Below, piece after piece: positions 1 through 11,212 of a stretch of DNA of 64,000 nucleotides. Source of the DNA: Eledone cirrhosa (lineage: Eukaryota). A program made the position numbers and the translations under genes. The notes beneath the pieces were generated by a model. The model ran no database searches and had not been told where the DNA came from. It worked only from the letters and a program-made list of their open reading frames with translations. How positions within the stretch are numbered: position 1 is the first letter of the stretch; every line of letters starts with the position of its first letter. The DNA is taken from assembly GCA_964016885.1 (NCBI GenBank), contig OZ024740.1:4898001-4962000 (forward strand), read 5' to 3'.

Positions 1-73
1 TTTGAACTCAGATCGTAAAGGGACGTAACTATGCTGGAAAGCATGGCGTCCGACCCTCTACCGATACTGCCAA
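1..73 (-). mobile_element. tRNA-derived SINE head, truncated by window edge (same family as 1477-1664)
   Basis: Reverse complement of the 5' part of the copy at 1477-1664, including the B-box-like GAGTTCAAA. Confidence 0.8.
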
Positions 74-119
74 TTAATGAAAGTAAACAAGAAAGTGATT
101 AAAATACACACAAATTTGT

Positions 120-237
120 GTGTCTATATATATGTGTATATACACATGTATGTATATACATGTGTATACACATGTATATACATACATGTGTATATATATA
201 TATATGTGTGTGTATACACATGTATGTATGTACATAA

Positions 238-283
<46 letters not shown>

Positions 284-365
284 TTATGTAATATATACGC
301 GTGTATATGTATGTACATATGTCTATATATATATAAAAGCAATATATATGTATATATGTGTATGA
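120..365. repeat. (TA)n/(TG)n/(CA)n microsatellite, representative of dozens of similar tracts in the window
   Basis: Direct reading. These tracts are the source of the YIYI... pseudo-ORFs. Confidence 0.95.
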
Positions 366-435
366 GTAGACAACACAATATTCTCTGTGTGATAATATCA
401 AGAAATTCTCCTCAAAACTTTTAGCAATAATACAA

Positions 436-586
436 TACACAAAACTACACAAAACTACACAAAACTACACAAAACTACACAAAAACTACACAAAACTACA
501 CAAAACTACACAAAACTACACAAAACTACACAAAACTACACAAACCTACACAAAACTACACAAACCTACACAAAACTACACAAAAA
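436..586. repeat. 10-bp tandem repeat (AAAACTACAC)n
   Basis: About 15 near-identical units. Confidence 0.95.
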
Positions 587-719
587 CCAAAATAGAAACC
601 CAAAAAAAAACATTTGAAAATATTGATCTCTACAAAAAACTATCAATAATTGTTAGAGTATGATAATATCATGACCTGTTGATTGACATTTCATAATTAT
701 ATCATTACTGATGTCTTTG

Positions 720-721
<2 letters not shown>

Positions 722-789
<68 letters not shown>
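722..789. repeat. (AAC)n microsatellite
   Basis: Direct reading. Confidence 0.95.
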
Positions 790-790
<1 letters not shown>

Positions 791-851
791 AATTATTAAT
801 CATAAACTAAACCCAAAATATGTCCAAGAGAAAGGAAACAGCAAATTCCAT

Positions 852-1375
852 GTATGGAAGACACTAATTGTTGTGTCTATAAAAACAGTATTAGTATGGA
901 AGACACTAATTGTTGTGTCTATAAAAACAGTATTAGTATGGAAGACACTAATTGTGGTGTCTATAGAAGCAGTATTAGTATGGAAGACACTAATTGTGGT
1001 GTCTATAGAAACAGTATTAGTATGGAAGACACTAATTGTGGTGTCTATAGAAACAGTATTAGTATGGAAGACACTAATTGTGGTGTCTATAGAAACAGTA
1101 TTAGTATGGAAGACACTAATTGTGGTGTCTATAGAAACAGTATTAGTATGGAAGACACTAATTGTGGTGTCCATAGAAACAGTATTAGTAAGGAAGACAC
1201 TAATTGTGGTGTCCATAGAAACAGTATTAGTATGGAAGACACTAATTGTGGTGTCCATAGTAGCAGTATTAGTATGGAAGACACTAATTGTGGTGTCCAT
1301 AGAAGCAGTATTAGTATGGAAGACACTAATTGTGGTGTCCATAGAAGCAGTATTAGTATGGAAGACACTAATTGT
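852..1375. repeat. 42-bp minisatellite (GTATGGAAGACACTAATTGTGGTGTCTATAGAAACAGTATTA)
   Basis: About 12.5 head-to-tail units with no spacers. Unit length is divisible by 3, which explains the repetitive ORFs. Confidence 0.95.
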
Positions 1376-1476
1376 TTTATCCTTATTACAGTTGTAATTT
1401 TCCCATCTGTATTTGTCAAGCTTGGTTAGATAAATCCTCTCCATTACAGCATCTCTCCTCTTGTCCCTTCCACAAA

Positions 1477-1664
1477 GGCGGTGGATTGGCAGTATTGGGA
1501 GAGAGTCGGACACCATGCTTTGAAGCATAGAGTTACGTCCCTTTATGATCTGAGTTCAAATCCCGGCATGGTTAACTTTGCCTTTCATCCATACGGGGTC
1601 GATAAAATAAAGTACCAGTAATACACTGGGTGGTTGCTGGCCTTGTGCCAAAAGTAGAAACAAT
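1477..1664 (+). mobile_element. tRNA-derived SINE (octopus-type), near full length
   Basis: A-box-like GGTGGATTGGCAG, B-box GAGTTCAAATCC at 1552 and body GCCTTTCATCC...GGGGTCGATAAAATAAAGTACCAG, recurring several times in the window. Confidence 0.85.
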
Positions 1665-1703
1665 TTATTTTGTGGAGTTCAATATCATGAGATCAGAGCT
1701 CCA

Positions 1704-2810
1704 TCTACCTCCCTCTACCTCCCTCTACCTACCTATACTTCCCTCTCCTTCCTTCTATCTCCCTCTACCTCCCTCTACTTCCCTCTACTTCCTTCTCCCT
1801 CCCTCTACTTCCTTCTCCCTCCCTCTACCTCACTCTACCTCCCTCTACCTCCCTCTACTTCCTTCTCCCTCCTTCTACTTCCCTCTACCTCCCTCTACCT
1901 CCGTCTACCTCCCTCTACCTCCCTCTACCTCCCTCTACTTCCCTCTCCCTCCCCTACCTACCTCTCCCTCCCTCTACCTCCCTCTACCTCCCCCTACCTC
2001 CCTCTACCTCCCTCTACCTACCTATACTTCCCTCTCCTTCCTTCTATCTCCCTCTACCTCCCTCTACTTCCCTCTACTTCCTTCTCCCTCCCTCTACTTC
2101 CTTCTCCCTCCCTCTACCTCCCCCTACCTCCCTCTACCTCCCTCTACTTCCTTCTCCCTCCTTCTACTTCCCTCTACCTCCCTCTACCTCCGTCTACCTC
2201 CCTCTACCTCCCTCTACCTCCCTCTACTTCCCTCTCCCTCCCCTACCTCCCTCTACCTCCCTCTACCTCCCTCTACCTCCCTCTACCTCCCATACCTCCC
2301 TCTACCTCCATCTACCTCCCTCTACCTCCCTCTACCCCCCTCTTCCTCCCTCTACTTCCCTCTACTTCCCTATCCCTCTCTCTACTTCCCTCTCCCTCTA
2401 CCCCCCTCTGCCTCCCTCTACTTCCCTCTCCCTCCCTCTACTTCCCTCTCCCTCCCTCTATCTCCATCTACCTCCCTCTACCTCCCTCTACTTCCCTCTA
2501 CCTCCCTCTACTTCCCTCTCCCTCCCTCTACCTCCTTCTACCTCCCTCTACCTCCCTCTACCTCCCTCTACCTCCCTCTACCTCCCTCTACTTCCCTCTA
2601 CCTCCCTCTATCTCCATCTATCTCCCTCTACCTCCCTCTACCTCCCTCTCCCTCCCTCTATCTCACTCTACCTCCCTCTACCTCCCTCTACCTCCCTCTA
2701 CTTCCCTCTACCTCCCTCTACCTCCCTCTAATTCCCCCTACCTCCGTCTACCTCCCTCTACTTCCCTCTAACTCCCTCTATCTTCATTTATCTCCCTGTA
2801 CCTCCCCCTA
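1704..2810. repeat. Pyrimidine-rich degenerate decamer satellite (CCTCCCTCTA)n
   Basis: About 1.1 kb of CT-rich 10-mers. The 445-aa P/S/L ORF is a by-product. Confidence 0.95.
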
Positions 2811-3082
2811 CCACATCTTTATGTGGTTCACTGTCCTAATATCACCTCTCACCACCCTACCTCCCCCTACCATATCGTTATCTCAGTCTTTCTCTTTTAT
2901 ATCTTCCTTCCACATAAAAACTTCTGCCATTTCTTCACCAAATGATCATCTCCAACACATGAAATAATCTCTCTTGTACACATCTAATTCTTTGATCACC
3001 ATCCACACACACATAATTTGTCCATAAGAGTGTTATCATAATAATAATAATGAAATGACTGGGGGGTGATGATATCACCGGT

Positions 3083-6000
3083 GGTTATGTAACCATACAT
3101 TCACCAATCCTCGATATGAGTGTTTAAATGTCGAACCTAAACAGTTCGAATAACGATGAAGAGGAGACTGGAACGCCATGTTACAGACTCTCACCCAGCA
3201 AGTGCTCCGGGCCCAGCAGCAGGGACCTGGCTGTCATCCAAATATTGCTGGTGTTGGAGGAAGAAGAAGAAGGAAAGGGACCAGAACCAACTGGACGAAA
3301 GAATTGAATAGAACTGTTATGCAATGTTACCTGAAGAGTAACCCCAAGGAAAAAGACTATAGGAAACGGATGCATAACATCTGGAACGAGATTGGACTAT
3401 TTAAATTAGATGAACAAAAATTGGCCGGGCAGGCTCGAGTAATAAGAACTAATGGATGGATAAGGAAGTTGGAACTGGAGGAACTGAGCAGAGAGATTAG
3501 GCTAGAAAGCCAGGCAAACGAGCCAGTGGGAAATGAAGGTGAAGAGGTTGAGAGTACGGAGGAAACATCCGAAGCAGACAATGATCTGAATGCTGAAATA
3601 GATAACATCAGGAACAAAGATACGGCCATTGAGGAAATGAATGCTGACGGGCTAGGACAAGATTTGGTTGATATCCTAAACTTAGTGGTAGATGAAATGA
3701 ACAATTATACAGGGAAACTTATGAACCTAAGATTTGTTGACAGGAAAAAGTTCAAAGAAACAACAGCTAAGGTAAACAGGGTGATCCCATACCTAGAGGC
3801 GAGGAACCTTCACCAATGCAACAATATTCTCAAAGCAACAGCAAATGCGGTGAGGAAATTACTTGGCATAAAAACGAGAGGAAACAACAAACAAGAAAGA
3901 TCAGAACCTTGGTGGAAGAAACGACTGAATGGTCAAATCAAGGAAATGAGAAATGACATTGGAAAGCTTGAGTCCCTACTGAATGGGACACTACAAAACA
4001 TAGACACTAAAAATAGATTGGAAATAAATTACAAAAACTAGGAGGAAAAAGCTAAATATCATCATAGAGGAACTGAAGCAACGCATTGTAGCAAAGAGTG
4101 CAAAGATTAGGCGGTATGAGAGCAGAGTCAGTCAGTATAGACAGAACCGCATGTTTGACAACAGCCAGAAGATGTTGTTTGGACAGCTTGAAGGGAAAGA
4201 AAGAGGCAACGACTTGATCCCTGAGGCGGAACAAACTAAGACATTCTGGAGAGGAATATGGGAGCAGGATGTTAAACATAATGATCAGGCAGTGTGGATT
4301 GAGACAGTACAAAAGGAGATTAGTGAACAAGCACACTGATTTGAGTATCACAGTTGAAACTCCTAAAGAGCAGACCAAAAAACTAACCAACTGGAAATCA
4401 CCAGGCCCAGATGGTGTGCAGGGGTATTGGATCAAAAATATAACATCCCTCCACCCGAAACTGACAACCATGTTCAATGACTGCTTGATGTCGGGTGAGG
4501 TACCAAAGTGGTTGACAAAAGGTACAACAGTTCTGGTAATGAAAGACCGAAGCAAGGGTAATGATGTTACCAACTATAGATCTATCACATGTCTGTCCGT
4601 AATGTGGAAACTGTTAACAAGCATTGTGTCTGAGTAAATCTACCATCACCTATACATAAACAACTTGTTACCGGACGAACAGAAAGGATGCCGAAAGAAG
4701 TCCCGTGGTACAAAAGACCAGTTACTTATTGATAAGATGGTAATGAGGAATTGCAAGAGGAGACACACTGGTCTTTCCATGGGATGGATAGATTACAAAA
4801 AGGCATTCGACATGGTACCTCATTCTTGGATAACCAAAAGCCTAGAGATCTTCAAGGTGGCAGATAACATCAGACAGTTGTTGAGCAAAAGTATGAAGTC
4901 CTGTGAAACAGAGTTAACATCGGGTGGAGAATCTTTGGGAGGCGTGAAGATCAAGAGAGGTATCTTCCAGGGAGATAGTCTGTCCCCTCTGTTGTTTGTC
5001 CTTGCCCTGATGCCCCTGACCATTATACTGCGAAAAGTGAGAGCAGGATACAAGTTGGGAAAAGGAGACCTTACCATCAATCACCTCCTCTTCATGGACG
5101 ATCTTAAACTCTTTGGGAAGAGTGAGAAGGAGTTGGATGTACTTGTTGACACTGTCCGTATTTTCAGCAATGATATATGTATGCAATTTGGTATTAGTAA
5201 GTGTGGAGTCCTTGTGATGAAGAGGGGTAAATTGAGCAGAAGCAACGGAATCCAGGTACCAACAGGTGAGATGATAAAGGAAATTAACACTGAAGAAGAA
5301 TACAAATATTTAGGTGTTCTGGAGGCAGATGACATCAAGAACAAAAAATGAAAGAATTGATAAGATTTGAGTACATTAGGAGAGTAAGGAGCGTATTAAA
5401 ATCACATCTAAATAGTAGGAATGTCATAATAGCTGTGTCTATTATTAGGTACAGTGCAGGAATTTTGAAAAGGAATGTTGCTGAACAAAAAGAAATGTAT
5501 AGGAAGACTAGGAAGCTATTGACTATCTACAACATGTTCCACAAGGGGAGTAATGTCGATAGACTCTACTTAAGGAGATCTGAAGGTGGAAGAGGTCTTA
5601 TCAGCATAGAGGACTGTGTTCAGATGGAGAAAAACAACCTGCACAAATACGTAACTGACAATAGAAATAGAGAGCCAATGCTCAGAATTGTACTGAAGGA
5701 GAGGACAATAGACCAGGGGATGTCCAAGGAGGAAGAGCAACCTTCATGAAAAATCCCTTCATAGTACCTTCTTTGAGAAAACTGAATTTAGAGATCCACA
5801 GACATGGAACTGGTTAAAAAGAGGAGACCTTAAAAAGGCTACAGAAGGAATGCTAATGGCTGTGCAAGAGCAGGCCCTCAGAACGAAGTGGGTGAAACAC
5901 CATATTTACAAGGAGGAGGCTAGCCCACTGTGTAGGATCTGTGGAGAGAGAGAGAGGAGACTGTGGCTCACATTGTATCCCAGTGTAAACACCTAGCCCA

Positions 6001-6582
6001 GACTCACTATAAAGGCTGGAGACATGATATGATAGGCAGGGTGATCCACTGGCATCTATGGAAAGTAAACAATTTACCACATTCTGAGAAGTGGTACAAG
6101 CATAAGCCAGAGTCGGTGATAGAAAACGATCAGGTGAAGGTGCTATGCGATTTTAGGATACAGACAGACAAAAAACTGGAACACAATAGGCCTGACCTGG
6201 TGGTTTTGGACAAGGAAAAAAGATCGTGCCTGATTGTAGATGTAGCCTGCCTATTTGACACAAGAGTGCAAGAAAAGGAGAGGGAGAAAATTAACCGATA
6301 CCAGGATTTAAAGTGGGACGTAAAAAGGATTTGGAATTGCCATGAAGTCAGAGTCGTCCCGATTGTCATAGGCTCACTAGGTACTATCTCAAAGAGTTTC
6401 CAATGATGGTTAAAGAAAATTAGTCCAGCCCCGCTTTTTGGAACACTTCAAAAGGCATGCTTGCTGGGAACAGCAAGAACCCTCCGATACGTCCGGAATA
6501 TCTGAGGCTGTAGGTAGCGGCTTGATATTCATTTCAACAAACTTTCCAGTTAAATAACATCAATGACTGAGACTCAAAGAAC

Positions 6583-6583
<1 letters not shown>
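3083..6583 (+). mobile_element. R4/Dong-clade non-LTR retrotransposon copy A, decayed (RT + CCHC + restriction-like endonuclease)
   Basis: Fragmented ORFs carry [32 protein letters not shown]-x2-C...HIVSQC and RPDLVV...IVDVAC. There is (TAA)n just upstream and a long (TAA)n downstream, plus several stops and frameshifts. Confidence 0.92.
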
Positions 6584-6642
<59 letters not shown>

Positions 6643-7465
6643 TAAATCATTTGTGAAATAACAACTTTTAGTACAAATGCTACGTAAAGCACCCGGCTTG
6701 AGCCCCAAAAAATTCGGACCCAAAATATATTGTTATAAGGCTCAAATATTCAAATATTCAACTTTGTATTGTACACTGTATATCCAAAAAAGAAAATGGC
6801 TATAAATGGAAGAAGAACCCCCCCCCCCTCCTCTCCTCTGTCTACACTATATAGAACAGCCAAACTCACCAACACTAGAAACTAGATACACCACCCACCT
6901 CATCACCTGTGTACACTAAACACAACAGCCAGATAACGGCAATTTCACAACCACCGCTCACTACTGCCATCATTACCACCACTATCCCATCACCGCCGCC
7001 ACCACTCCTTCACTCCTTCACTGCTACCACCGCTACAACACCATCACTACGGTAATACGACCACATCACCACCACCACTGCCTCGGCATCGACATCACCA
7101 CCACCACTGTCTCAGTATCGCTACCGCCGCCAGTGTCCCACTTCTCCCAGTTGGCTGCTGCCACCACATTATAGAATTCCTACTACTAAAAAAGAGGAAG
7201 GCATCAAAATATATAGATAGACTCAAAAGAAAAAAGAAAAAACAAACAACAAAACCAAAGCAGCACAGCAACAACAGCAAAAAACGAGAAAAACAAACAG
7301 AAAACCAAAAACAAAAAAAAACAAAAAACGTAAAGAAAATAAGAATGAAGAGAGAAGCAGGCGGACGGACAGAGAAGAGGGGCGAAAAACTAAAACTAAA
7401 AAAACAAAAACTAAGTCAGACATTCGAACACTACATTACAATGAAACTTATGCTTATTCATTTTT

Positions 7466-10400
7466 GGGGCCCTTTCTGCCTGTGTGTTTGTTTGTTTATG
7501 TGTGTTCGTATACAGCGTGGTGATAATGCCACACAAGGGCCAAGTGGAACGGCGAATCCACAGATGGCTATGTAACCATACATTCGCCAATCCTCGATAA
7601 GAGTGTTTAAATATTGAACATAAACAGTTCGAATAACGGTGAAATGGAGACTAGAACGTCATGTGACAGACTCTCACCCAACAGGTGCCCCCTGGCTCAG
7701 CAGCAGGAACCTGACTGTCAACCAAATACTGCTGATGTTGGAGGAAGAAGAAGAAGGAAAGGGGCCAGAACCAACTGGACGAAGGAATTGAATAGAACTG
7801 TTCTGCAATGTTACCTGAAAAGTAACCCCAAGGAGAGGGGCTACAGGAGACGGATGCATAACATCTGGAACGAGATTGGTCTATTTAAATTAGATGAACA
7901 AAAATTGGCCGGGCAGGCTCGGGTAATAAGAACTAATGGGTGGATAAGCGAGCTGAAACTGGAGGAACTGAGCAGAGAGAATGGCTTGGAGATGGCGGGT
8001 GTAGTATGCCAGACAAGCGAGCCAGTGGGAAATGAAGGTGAAGAGGTCCTGAGAACGGAGGAACCACCCGAAGCAGACAATGATCTGAATACTGAGATAA
8101 ATAATACCTGGAACAAAGATACGGCCACTGAGGAGATGAATGCTGACGGGCTAGGACAAGATTCGGTTGACATCCTAAATTTAGTGGTAGATGAATTGAA
8201 CAATGATAGTGGGAGACCTATGAACCTAAGATTTGTAGACAGGAAAAAGTTAAAAGAAACAACAGCTAAGGTAAACAAAGTCATCCCATACCTTGAGGCG
8301 AGGAGCCTTCACCAGTGCAACAATATCTTCAAAGCAACAGCAAATACGGTGAGGAAACTACTTGGTATAAAAGCGAGAGGAAACAACAGACAAGAAAGAG
8401 CAGAGCCGTGGTGGAAGAAACGACTGAGTGGTCAAATCGGGGAAATGAGAAATGACATAGGAAAGCTTGAGTCACTACTGAATGGGACACTAAAAAACAT
8501 AGGCACTAAAAATAGACTGGAAATGAAGTACAAAACTAGGAGGAAAAAGCTAAATATTATCATAGAGGAACTGAAGCAACGCATTGTAGCAAAGAGTGCA
8601 AAAATCAGGCGATACGAGAACAGAGTCAGTCAGTATAAACAGAACCGCATGTTCGACAACAACCAGAAGATGCTGTTTGGACAGCTTGAGGGGAAAGAAA
8701 GAGGCAACGACTTGATCCCTGGGGCGGAGCAAACTAAAACATTCTGGAGAGGAATATGGGAGCAGGATGTTAGACATAATGTCCAGGCAGGGTGGATTGA
8801 GACAGTACAGAGGGAGATCGGTGAGCAGGCACACCAACAAACTGATTTGAGTATCACAGTTGAAACTATTAAGGGGCAGGCCAAAAAACTAACCAACTGG
8901 AAATCACCAGGCCCAGATGGTGTGCAGGGGTATTGGATTAAAAATTTAACATCCCTCCACCCGAAGCTGACGGCCATGTTCAATGACTGCTTGGTGTCGG
9001 GTGAGGTGCCAGAGTGGTTGACAAAAGGTACCACAGTTCTGATAATGAAAGACCGAATCAAGGGTAATGATGTTACCAACTATAGACCTATCACATGTCT
9101 GTCCGTAATGTCGAAACTGTTGACGAGCATTGTGTCTGAGGAAATCTACCATCACCTCCACACAAACAACTTGTTACCGGACGAACAGAAAGGATGCCGA
9201 AAGAAGTCACGTGGTACAAAGGACCAGTTACTTATTGATAAGATGGTAATGGGGAATTGCAGGAGGAGACACACTGATCTTGCCATGGGATGGATAGACT
9301 ACAGAAAGGCATTTGACATGGTGCCTCATTCTTGGATCACCAAAAGCCTGGAGATCTTCAGGGTGGCAGATAACATCAGACAGTTGCTGGGCAGGAGTAT
9401 GGGGTCCTGGGAGACAGAGTTGACATCAACTGGAGTATCCTTGGGAAGCGTGAAGATCAAGAGAGGTATCTTCCAGGGAGATAGCCTGTCCCCTCTGTTG
9501 TTTGTCCTTGCCCTGATGCCCTTGACCATTATGCTGCGAAAAGTGAGAGCAGGATACAAGTTGGGAAAGGGAGAGCTTACCATCAATCACCTCCTCTTCA
9601 TGGACGATCTTAAGCTCTTCGGGAAAAGTGAGAAGGAGTTGGATGTGCTTGTTGACACTGTCCGTATTTTCAGCAGTGATATATGTATGCAGTTTGGTAT
9701 TAGTAAATGTGGAGTCATTGTGATGAGGAGGGGTAGGTTGAGCAGAAGTAACGGGATCCAGATACCAACAGGTGAGATGATAAAGGAAATTGACTCTGAC
9801 GAAGGATACAAGTATTTGGGCGTTCTGGAGGCTGATGGCATAAAGAACAAAAAAATGAAGGAATTGTTAAGAACTGAATACATTCGGAGAGTAAGGAGCG
9901 TATTGAAGTCACATCTGAACAGCAGAAATGCCATAAGCGCAGTAAATTCCCGAGCTGTGTCTATTATTAGGTACAGTGCGGGAATTCTGAGATGGAATGT
10001 TGCTGAACAAAAAGAAATGGATAGGAAGACTAGGAAGCTATTGACTATCTACAACATGTTCCACAAGAGGAGTGATGTCGATAGACTCTACCTAAGGAGA
10101 TCTGAGGGTGGAAGAGGTCTTATCAGCATAGAGGACTGTGTTCAGATGGAGAAAAACAACCTATACAAATACGTGACCTATAGTAAGGAGCCAATGCTCA
10201 GAACTGTACTGAAGGAGGGGACAGTAGGCCGGGGGATGTCCAAGGAGGAAATAACATCAAGGGGGAAGAGCAGCCTTAAGGGAAAATCCCTTCATAGTAC
10301 CTTCTTTGAGAAAACTGAATTTAGAGATCCACAGACATGGAACTGGTTGAGAAGAGGAGACCTCAAAAAGGCTACAGAAGGAATGCTAATGGCTGCGCAG

Positions 10401-11113
10401 GAGCAGGCCCTCAAAACGAAGTGGTTGAAGCACCATATTTACAAGGAGGAGGCTAGCCCACTGTGCACGATCTGTGGAGAGAGAGAGAGGAGAATGTGGC
10501 TCACATTGTGTCCGAGTGTAAACACCTAGCCCAGACACACTATAAGGGCTGGAGACACGATGTGATGGGCAGGGTGATCCACTGGCACCTGTGCAAAGTA
10601 AACAATTTACCACATTCTGAGACATGGTATGAGCATAGGCCAGAGGCGGTGATGGAGAACAATCAGGTGAAGGTGCTGTGGGATTTTAGGATACAGACGG
10701 ACAAAAAACTGGAACACAATAGACCTGACCTGGTGGTTGTGGACAAAGAAAAAAGATCGTGTCTGATTGTGGATGTGGCCTGCCCTTTCGACACGAGAGT
10801 GCAAGAGAAGGAGAGGGAGAAAATTAACCGATACTAGGACCTAAAGTGGGAGGTGAAAAGGATTTGGAACTGCCATGAAGTCAAAGTGATCCCGATTGTC
10901 ATAGGCGCACTGGGGACTATCTCCAAAAGTTTCCAGGGATGGTTAAAGAAAATCGGCCCCTTCACGCTTTTTGGAACGCTTCAAAAGGCATGCTTGCTTG
11001 GAACAGCAAGAACCCTCCGATACGTCCTGAATATCTGAGGCTGCAGGTAGTGGCTTGATATTCATTCCAACGGACTTTCCAGTTAACCATCATCAATGAC
11101 TGAGATTCAAGGA
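7466..11113 (+). mobile_element. R4/Dong-clade non-LTR retrotransposon copy B, nearly intact
   Basis: Homologous to copy A throughout and ends in (TAA)n. The 5' boundary is approximate (homology with copy A starts near 7565). Confidence 0.93.
7614..11038 (+). pseudogene. R4/Dong single ORF (RT, zinc knuckle, PD-(D/E)xK endonuclease) with one frameshift and one stop
   Basis: A 971-aa open stretch includes FMDD. There is a +2 shift in a GA run near 10490 and a TAG at 10835-10837, and the C-terminus reads LQKACLLGTARTLRYVLNI. Confidence 0.9.
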
Positions 11114-11137
11114 ATAACAACAATAATAATAATAATA

Positions 11138-11212
11138 ATGATTTCTTTATTAACCACAAGGGTTTACATAAAGTAGACATTACGGACAGTGCAGGACAAT
11201 ACAGGACGGTAC
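11138..11212 (-). mobile_element. Short 3' end of a second L1/Tx1-like copy
   Basis: Minus strand CCCTTGTGGTTAATAAAGAAATC-(ATT)n parallels the 3' end of the adjacent larger element. Confidence 0.65.

Noticed and set aside
74-452. YIYI/THTH/LSLS-type ORFs here and throughout the ORF track
   Set aside because: They are translations of (TA)n, (CA)n and (CT)n microsatellites.
852-1375. CRISPR-like array (also considered for 16105-17850 and 51231-51626)
   Set aside because: Units are contiguous with no unique spacers, there are no cas genes and the context is eukaryotic. These are minisatellites.
1477-1565. tRNA genes (also 44077-44150)
   Set aside because: A/B boxes are present but I could not fold a cloverleaf, and each continues into a SINE body.
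1630-2967. 445-aa Pro/Ser/Leu-rich extensin-like ORF
   Set aside because: It is an open frame through a G-poor decamer satellite, starts at GTG inside a SINE and has no splice or homology support.
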